DNA from: a virus
Lineage: Duplodnaviria > Caudoviricetes
Virus record (IMG/VR): IMGVR_UViG_3300030098_004783
Location: 1 to 61,281 of that record
Reading direction: 5' to 3' (one strand)
Length of the DNA: 61,281 nt
In this document: positions 55,607 to 61,281 of the stretch, piece after piece
Layout of the letters: the number at the start of each line of letters is the position of its first letter
Position numbering within the stretch: position 1 is the first letter of the stretch
Translations under genes and position numbers: made by a program
The notes under the pieces: generated by a model
Seen by the model: only the letters and a program-made list of their open reading frames with translations
Told to the model about the DNA's origin: nothing
Database searches by the model: none

Positions 55607-56208
55607 AAGAGATAATGGAAAAGTACAGCACGACATTCTTTGAATGTGTACAAGAATGGCCCAAAGAAATTAGAGAAGATATATATAAACTATATGCTTA
55701 TCTGAGGGTCATAGACGAAATGGTAGAAGGTGATGCTGATTGGAACGACTTTAAAAAATGGAGAAAGATAATAGAACAATTCTACGAAGTGTGTGATAGA
55801 CACGAGTTCGAGGGACAGTGGCTTATAGATTTTCACCAAGCTATGCTGACTGATTTAAAAACTAAAGAACACACAACTACATCTATGATAGAATATTGTA
55901 AAGGGTCGGGTGAATCGGTTGGACTAATGGTTTCAAGAATACTAGGATGTTCACCAGCTGGTGATGAATACGCTAGAGCATTAGGTAGAGCATACCAAAT
56001 AATAAATTTCGTGAGAGATTACGACGACGATGTATCTAAAGGTTATCACTATATTGGTGAAGACAAAAACTTCTACATTCGTATGTTTATTAACGAGCTA
56101 ACGTTTGCTTCTACAGGTTTACAGTTTATACCTAAACACTTACGTGGACCAATAGTCGAGGCGAACAAAAAATATCTACAGGTGGCAGATGATAATAAAG
56201 GGTTTTAG
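55603..56208 (+). CDS. Squalene/phytoene synthase family protein (head-to-head prenyl diphosphate synthase)
   Basis: STTF, LYAYLRVIDEMVE, AMLTDL, EYC...SVGLM, ARALGRAYQIINFVRDYDDD...GYHYI. Confidence 0.88.
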   Translation: MKEIMEKYSTTFFECVQEWPKEIREDIYKLYAYLRVIDEMVEGDADWNDFKKWRKIIEQFYEVCDRHEFEGQWLIDFHQAMLTDLKTKEHTTTSMIEYCKGSGESVGLMVSRILGCSPAGDEYARALGRAYQIINFVRDYDDDVSKGYHYIGEDKNFYIRMFINELTFASTGLQFIPKHLRGPIVEANKKYLQVADDNKGF

Positions 56209-56518
56209 AGTAAATGAACCACGCAAACCAGCTGAGATATATGTCTGCAACTGTGTACACGGACATTACAATTGTACGTGCGATGGAAAAGGAGGAAAGA
56301 GAATGAACGATTTTGAAAAGTTTAAAGCAATATTAGAAATAATGGAATTTCATTTAAATGAAGAACGATTAGGAGAAACTATAATCAGTAAATGGGTAGA
56401 TGAATTAAATGCTAGTTTACAAATGTATCACGATATGGCAAATATAAATGCTGGTAACGTGATAGGTAAAACTAAAATTCAAGACGACCCATATTACGGT
56501 AGAGAAGGACCTAAATGA
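56189..56518 (+). CDS. Hypothetical protein with CxC..H..CxC
   Basis: ORF in operon; a second start (MNDFEK, GGAGG RBS) is possible. Confidence 0.55.
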   Translation: MIIKGFRVNEPRKPAEIYVCNCVHGHYNCTCDGKGGKRMNDFEKFKAILEIMEFHLNEERLGETIISKWVDELNASLQMYHDMANINAGNVIGKTKIQDDPYYGREGPK

Positions 56519-56537
56519 TGTATTTTAATGAAGCCGA

Positions 56538-56741
56538 ATGGATTATCATCCTATCAGTAGGAATGGCAATCCTTCTCGCGTGGGCGACATTACTATGACT
56601 TGGTATCCAGAAGGCTCTACGCTATGTCCATACTGTTATGCAGTGTGCACTTTAGTGTTTAAGAGTATAGATAAAAGTATATACGAATGTTTAAAATGCA
56701 AAAGAGAAACAATAGTTAGTCACGAGGAGGTTGATTGGTAA
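56538..56741 (+). CDS. Zinc-ribbon protein
   Basis: LCPYC...YECLKC; TAATG coupling to the Cas4-like gene. Confidence 0.65.
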   Translation: MDYHPISRNGNPSRVGDITMTWYPEGSTLCPYCYAVCTLVFKSIDKSIYECLKCKRETIVSHEEVDW

Positions 56742-57622
56742 TGAAAATAGAAGAATTTGATAAAATAAAAGAACTCTACGATGTGAGTATTATGGAATTA
56801 TCTAAAGAGGATAATGAATCTCTCTTTAAATATCTCGATGAACCTTCACAATGGAAGAGTAATAGAAAGAGGCGTACATTTTACGCTTCTGATGCAACAC
56901 GTTGTGAACGTCAGTTGTTTTATTCGGTATCTGGAAAGCCAGAAACGAATCCATCAATTGGACCGAAGCAATTAAAGATATTCGCATTGGGAGATGCTAT
57001 ACACGAAGGTATATCAGATAGATATAGACAAGTGGATGGATGGAAATTCTACGAAGAAGCTCCCGGTGAGATACATATACCAAAGAGAGATGACCACGAA
57101 GGTGATTTCTTACTACACTATAGAGTGGATGGTATATTAAAAAGAAAGTTTGGTGAAGAAAAACTACTTGGTATAGATACCGATAGTATGATTACTGAAT
57201 TTAAAAGTAGTGCTGACTTCCCATATACAACAGGAAAGAACAAAAAAGGTGATATATACTGGTTCGGAGCCAAAGATGTGCCTAAGTACGACCACTTTGC
57301 ACAGCTCCAATTAGGTATGTACGGCGAAAGTGTTAAATATGGAGTATTGCATTACTATAATAAGAACAACAGCGAAGAGGCGGTACACGTCCTCAAGCTG
57401 AATGAAACGTTCGTCCACGGACTTATTGAAAGGATGTGGGATATTATGGACAGGATAGCTCGAGGAGAGTTACCCGAACGTCCATATGAAGCCTATCCAA
57501 ATAAAGGTAAGACGGCTTTACAGAAGACTAAGAAGATGGGAGATACCATATTCAAGTCGGATTGGCACTGTCTTTACTGTAATTATTCGGATATGTGTTG
57601 GGGATTGAACGGAGCGGAGTAG
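56741..57622 (+). CDS. Stand-alone Cas4/RecB-like Fe-S exonuclease
   Basis: ASDATRCERQLFY, GDAIH, RVDG, EFKS, QLQLGM, C-terminal HCLYCNYSDMC; GAGGAGG RBS before ATG 56741. Confidence 0.85.
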   Translation: MKIEEFDKIKELYDVSIMELSKEDNESLFKYLDEPSQWKSNRKRRTFYASDATRCERQLFYSVSGKPETNPSIGPKQLKIFALGDAIHEGISDRYRQVDGWKFYEEAPGEIHIPKRDDHEGDFLLHYRVDGILKRKFGEEKLLGIDTDSMITEFKSSADFPYTTGKNKKGDIYWFGAKDVPKYDHFAQLQLGMYGESVKYGVLHYYNKNNSEEAVHVLKLNETFVHGLIERMWDIMDRIARGELPERPYEAYPNKGKTALQKTKKMGDTIFKSDWHCLYCNYSDMCWGLNGAE

Positions 57623-57625
57623 GAA

Positions 57626-59878
57626 ATGCGAACAAAAGTATTCTTGTTAAATGTAGATTATTTTACTGACCCAGTGTCAGATGAGCCCATACTTAGATTG
57701 TATGGTAAAACTGAACACGGCGAAACTAAAGTATTCTTTCAAGAAGGCTTTCGGCCGTATTTCTACTTAGCACGCCCTTCTCCACACGACCGTCGTTTAC
57801 TTACGATGGCTGGTGCAGAAATAGGAGAGAACGTAGAATTAGAACACTATCAAGAAAAGTATGATTGTGTTCGAGTATACTTGAGGCACCCTAAACATAT
57901 GCCTCGTCTTAGAGAGAAGTTGATAAACAGAGGAAGAACAGTTTTTAGTGCAGATATACTGTATCAGCTTAGATATCTTTATGACAAGGATGTAGGACCA
58001 TTTGTAGAAGTCGAACACGATAAGTATAAGAACGTATTAGATATCGAGAGATGTGAATCATTCGATGTTAATCTAGACGTATTAACTTTTGATATTGAAT
58101 GTAGTCTGCGTACTAAAGATATGTACTGCATAGCCGCGCAATTAAACGACAATGCTGGCGTAGTATTTACTAACGCTAACGGCGAAGCTAGAATGATAGA
58201 GGATTTCGTCGAATACATACAAGCAGTAGACCCCGATATAATAACCGGTTACAATAGTAATGGGTTTGATATTCCAGTAATAATGAGAAAAGCGAAATCT
58301 TTAAATGTAGATTTCGGTATTGGAAGAGAAGGGGACGAACCTTGGATGCGTGAAGATAACAAGCGAAGAATTAAATCTTGGTTCGTATCAGGAAGAATAT
58401 TCGTTGACACTTGGCAACAAGTTAAACAGGAACTCAAGCCTATTCAGGAATCACTTGGGTTCGTGGGTGAACTTCTGGGAGTCGGGTCTAAAGACAATGT
58501 TGATGCATCTCGCATAGAAGAAGAATGGAAAAACAGACGTCTTTCTGTAATTAAATATTGCAAGAAGGATGTCAAAGTTACCTATGACGTTTTTATGCAC
58601 GATAAGATAGCATCTATTTCTAAAGCTATGGCTTTGAGCATTGCGAGTGACCTACCCCTAGAACATTCGTTTGCCCCCGTTACTTCTCGTATCGTCGATT
58701 CCCTACTCATCAGACGTTTCGATAAGAAAGGTTTTGCTGTTCCTCAGAATACTTGGAACAACAAAGCTAAGAAAATAAAAGGAGCGACCGTCTTTGAGGT
58801 TTTCGAACCCGGTATTTATCACAATGTGGGTATATTTGATTTTAAATCTATGTATCCAAGTGTTATGATAAAGAACAATATTTGTCCAACAACATTTACA
58901 AAAACGGAAACCAATGATAGCGTTCGCTCCCCCCTCGGGGTTTATTTTATGTTGGACAAAGAGTCAATCGTTCCTAAGATTCTTAAGAGTCTTTGGGAAT
59001 GGAGAGATGAAACTAAACTCAAGATAGAAAAGAATGGCGATTACTTTGATAGACTACAATATAGTATCAAGGTTCTTATGAATTCTTTTTATGGAGTTAT
59101 GGCTAGTGATTTCTATAGATTTACTAACCCGTCGATAGGTGGTAGTATTACTGCCTTTGCTAGACTAGGCATACAAAATGTAAACGACGAGTTGGCCGCC
59201 CGGGATTACACAGTCATATATGGTGATACAGACAGTGTTTTCGTACAACTTAAGGATGAAGACCCACACGTATTAGCCAAAGAACTATCGGCTCGTGGAT
59301 TAGAAATGGAACTAGAAAAAATTCTAAGTACATTTTTTACACACGGAGCTAAAAAACGATACGCTGCTATGGTAGAATGGCCGAAAGAAGAATTCTACGT
59401 TAAAGGTTATGAGTTAAAAAGAGGAGATTCCTTTAAGATACAGAGAGAAGTATTAGAACAATCTCTGCGTCTTATATTAAAAGATAAACCAGATGATGCT
59501 CTTAAGTTAGTAACTGAAGCAGTAAGAAAAATAAAGAACGAGGAAATTGAATTAGAAGATTTAATAGTAACCAAGAGTGTTAAATCTCCAAGCGAATATG
59601 TAAACCCTGATTCAAATGCAGGGGTGCAGGCGGCCGCTAAACTTCAAGCCCGAGGATATCCTTGGTTGCCAGGCACGAAGATAAGTTGGGTTGTATCTAA
59701 CTCTAAGCAGACACCAATGGAAGTAGAACCTTACATAGAAACCACAGATATGAAAGTAAAATATGATAGGGACTATTACGCTGACCGTTTGGTTAGAACT
59801 ATGTCAGATATAGCTGGCGTCTTTGACTGGGATGATATGGGATTAAGGAGTGGAACTAAACAATTAAAATTGTTCTAA
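57626..59878 (+). CDS. polB: Family B DNA polymerase, archaeal type
   Basis: Exo FDIEC, GYNSNGFD, YCKKD; Pol DFKSMYPS, KVLMNSFYG, YGDTDS, KKRY; archaeal-type N-terminal domain (RPYFY). Confidence 0.96.
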   Translation: MRTKVFLLNVDYFTDPVSDEPILRLYGKTEHGETKVFFQEGFRPYFYLARPSPHDRRLLTMAGAEIGENVELEHYQEKYDCVRVYLRHPKHMPRLREKLINRGRTVFSADILYQLRYLYDKDVGPFVEVEHDKYKNVLDIERCESFDVNLDVLTFDIECSLRTKDMYCIAAQLNDNAGVVFTNANGEARMIEDFVEYIQAVDPDIITGYNSNGFDIPVIMRKAKSLNVDFGIGREGDEPWMREDNKRRIKSWFVSGRIFVDTWQQVKQELKPIQESLGFVGELLGVGSKDNVDASRIEEEWKNRRLSVIKYCKKDVKVTYDVFMHDKIASISKAMALSIASDLPLEHSFAPVTSRIVDSLLIRRFDKKGFAVPQNTWNNKAKKIKGATVFEVFEPGIYHNVGIFDFKSMYPSVMIKNNICPTTFTKTETNDSVRSPLGVYFMLDKESIVPKILKSLWEWRDETKLKIEKNGDYFDRLQYSIKVLMNSFYGVMASDFYRFTNPSIGGSITAFARLGIQNVNDELAARDYTVIYGDTDSVFVQLKDEDPHVLAKELSARGLEMELEKILSTFFTHGAKKRYAAMVEWPKEEFYVKGYELKRGDSFKIQREVLEQSLRLILKDKPDDALKLVTEAVRKIKNEEIELEDLIVTKSVKSPSEYVNPDSNAGVQAAAKLQARGYPWLPGTKISWVVSNSKQTPMEVEPYIETTDMKVKYDRDYYADRLVRTMSDIAGVFDWDDMGLRSGTKQLKLF

Positions 59879-59894
59879 ATATAGAAGGTGCTAT

Positions 59895-60320
59895 ATGAGA
59901 AAGAAAAAACCAAGAGCCCCACCAAAAAATCGTACACGTTACGAAGGTGAGCTCGTTAAAATAGTAGGGACTAAACGTCCCGATTGCTATGTCTCGCCAT
60001 CTGGTAATACACAGGGTTGGGATGTATTTATAGTACATAAATTTGGAAAGAAATTCATACCAATTGAGGTGAAGACTTCAAGCACCACATCTAATATTAA
60101 CTTAGCATATAATCCAAGAGTTAAGAAACAATATGAAAAATATGACGGTATATGGAGACGACATAAAATAGTTACTTGGTATGCGTTTAGAAAAATAACG
60201 CGTGGACCAACAAGAAAAGAAAGAAAGTGGCGTTTTATACCTATATCAAATATAAATCAAATGGTATTGTCTTACGATGATGGATTGACACTAAAAGAAT
60301 TTACGGAGGTAATTTTATAA
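59895..60320 (+). CDS. hjc: Archaeal-type Holliday junction resolvase
   Basis: RYEGELV...SG...WDVF...PIEVKTS. Confidence 0.7.
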   Translation: MRKKKPRAPPKNRTRYEGELVKIVGTKRPDCYVSPSGNTQGWDVFIVHKFGKKFIPIEVKTSSTTSNINLAYNPRVKKQYEKYDGIWRRHKIVTWYAFRKITRGPTRKERKWRFIPISNINQMVLSYDDGLTLKEFTEVIL

Positions 60321-60628
60321 TGTATAATAGATGTTATTTTTCAAAGGGTAACTTTGAAACGATGAGAGAAAAGCTAGAAGAATATGTCTCGCGACATAAA
60401 GTAGTTAGCAGAGAAGATGTTATTGATAATGTTTTCTTTGTTAATAAGCGAGGCATCAAGATGACTATGAATAATAGACAGTTGGGTTTCATAGTGAGAT
60501 ATAGTGAAAGGCAAGGCGGTGTTACTTCATTTGTTCATAGAAGAAATAAAGAACACCATTATTATCTAACAACTGTAGATAATATGAAACAATTTGTAGG
60601 AGATGATTGGATTGGAAGAAGAAAATGA
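60320..60628 (+). CDS. Hypothetical protein (possible winged helix)
   Basis: GGAGG RBS; TAATG coupling. Confidence 0.65.
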   Translation: MYNRCYFSKGNFETMREKLEEYVSRHKVVSREDVIDNVFFVNKRGIKMTMNNRQLGFIVRYSERQGGVTSFVHRRNKEHHYYLTTVDNMKQFVGDDWIGRRK

Positions 60629-60887
60629 AATGACTGGTGTTACACCAGATATGTTAGCAAACCATACAAATATGCAGGGAGATGTATCAGACCAAAAGAA
60701 ACATTTCGCTGAAATATCATTTGATGGTTTTAGAATCTGTCTAAGCACATCCGAGGAAATGCCATTAATAGATTTCAATGATGAACTATTAAGGTTTTGG
60801 GCTCGGTTAGATGAGTTTATGATGGAAAAGCAAAATGAAAGAAGAAAGACCTCGCGAAAGAAGGGGCAACAGAACCATTACGGTTAG
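60603..60887 (+). CDS. Hypothetical protein
   Basis: ORF in operon; start uncertain. Confidence 0.6.
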   Translation: MIGLEEENEMTGVTPDMLANHTNMQGDVSDQKKHFAEISFDGFRICLSTSEEMPLIDFNDELLRFWARLDEFMMEKQNERRKTSRKKGQQNHYG

Positions 60888-60895
60888 GAGAAAAT

Positions 60896-61276
60896 ATGAG
60901 AAGAGACGAAGATTATTTACAAGATTTAATTGAATCAATGTTTGGACTAAATAATATTATGTACAATAGTGTACCTAAATATAAACCTAGGAAAGACGCG
61001 GCTAATAGAAATGTCGAAGTTGATTCGACTGGCGACGCTGTTAATATAACGATGGATTTGCCAGGTGTAGAGCTAGCAGATATCAACTTAGAAGTTGATG
61101 AATTTAATGTAGTAATAACCGCTAAGAACGGTATAAGAAACTACAAGTTTAATAGGACATTTAAGTTTTCTTTAGATGCGAACAAAGCTAAAGCAACATT
61201 TAAGAATGGAGTATTAAACGTATCAGTGGAGAAGGTTGCCAAACCTGATATGAAAAAGGTTACAATAGAAGGCTGA
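60896..61276 (+). CDS. hsp20: Small heat-shock protein (Hsp20/alpha-crystallin)
   Basis: MDLPGV...INLEV...AKATFKNGVLNV. Confidence 0.9.
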   Translation: MRRDEDYLQDLIESMFGLNNIMYNSVPKYKPRKDAANRNVEVDSTGDAVNITMDLPGVELADINLEVDEFNVVITAKNGIRNYKFNRTFKFSLDANKAKATFKNGVLNVSVEKVAKPDMKKVTIEG

Positions 61277-61281
61277 TACAA

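Noticed and set aside
56741-57622. CRISPR-Cas system suggested by the Cas4-like gene
   Set aside because: No repeat-spacer array or other cas gene was seen; stand-alone Cas4-like nucleases are common in archaeal virus replication modules
57626-59878. Inteins or introns in PolB (also checked the RNR and TerL)
   Set aside because: Protein lengths and motif spacing are normal, with no intein junction or homing endonuclease motifs

Overview
The whole window reads as most of the genome of a tailed dsDNA virus (Caudoviricetes, siphovirus-like) of an archaeal host. A marine Thermoplasmatota / Poseidoniales (MGII, magrovirus-like) host is the most plausible, but this is inference. Archaeal signals include an archaeal-type PolB, a PriS-PriL-like primase, an Hjc resolvase, an MCM-like ATPase, BRE-TATA promoters and proteins rich in N-glycosylation sequons. 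There are two divergent blocks. The minus strand (about 42.35 kb to 2.74 kb) is a tightly coupled morphogenesis operon: TerS, TerL, portal, protease/scaffold, capsid, giant LamG fibres, two paralogous tail-tube proteins, a tail chaperone with a -1 frameshift, tape measure and tail tip. The plus strand (42.6 to 61.3 kb, continuing at 1 to 2.83 kb) carries early/accessory and replication genes: amidoligase plus class II GATase, PC4-like protein, nucleases, ATPase, squalene/phytoene synthase, Cas4-like nuclease, PolB, Hjc, Hsp20, class II RNR and primase. The most unusual part is the early region (42.6-52.6 kb). It has a multibranched 5' leader RNA, two covarying compact H-type pseudoknots after early genes, a duplicated 58-bp promoter, an alternating purine-pyrimidine/G4-prone tract and strong local over-representation of ACGT, while GATC and CATG appear absent genome-wide. 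All calls were made by eye from motifs and synteny. No searches or folding programs were run.
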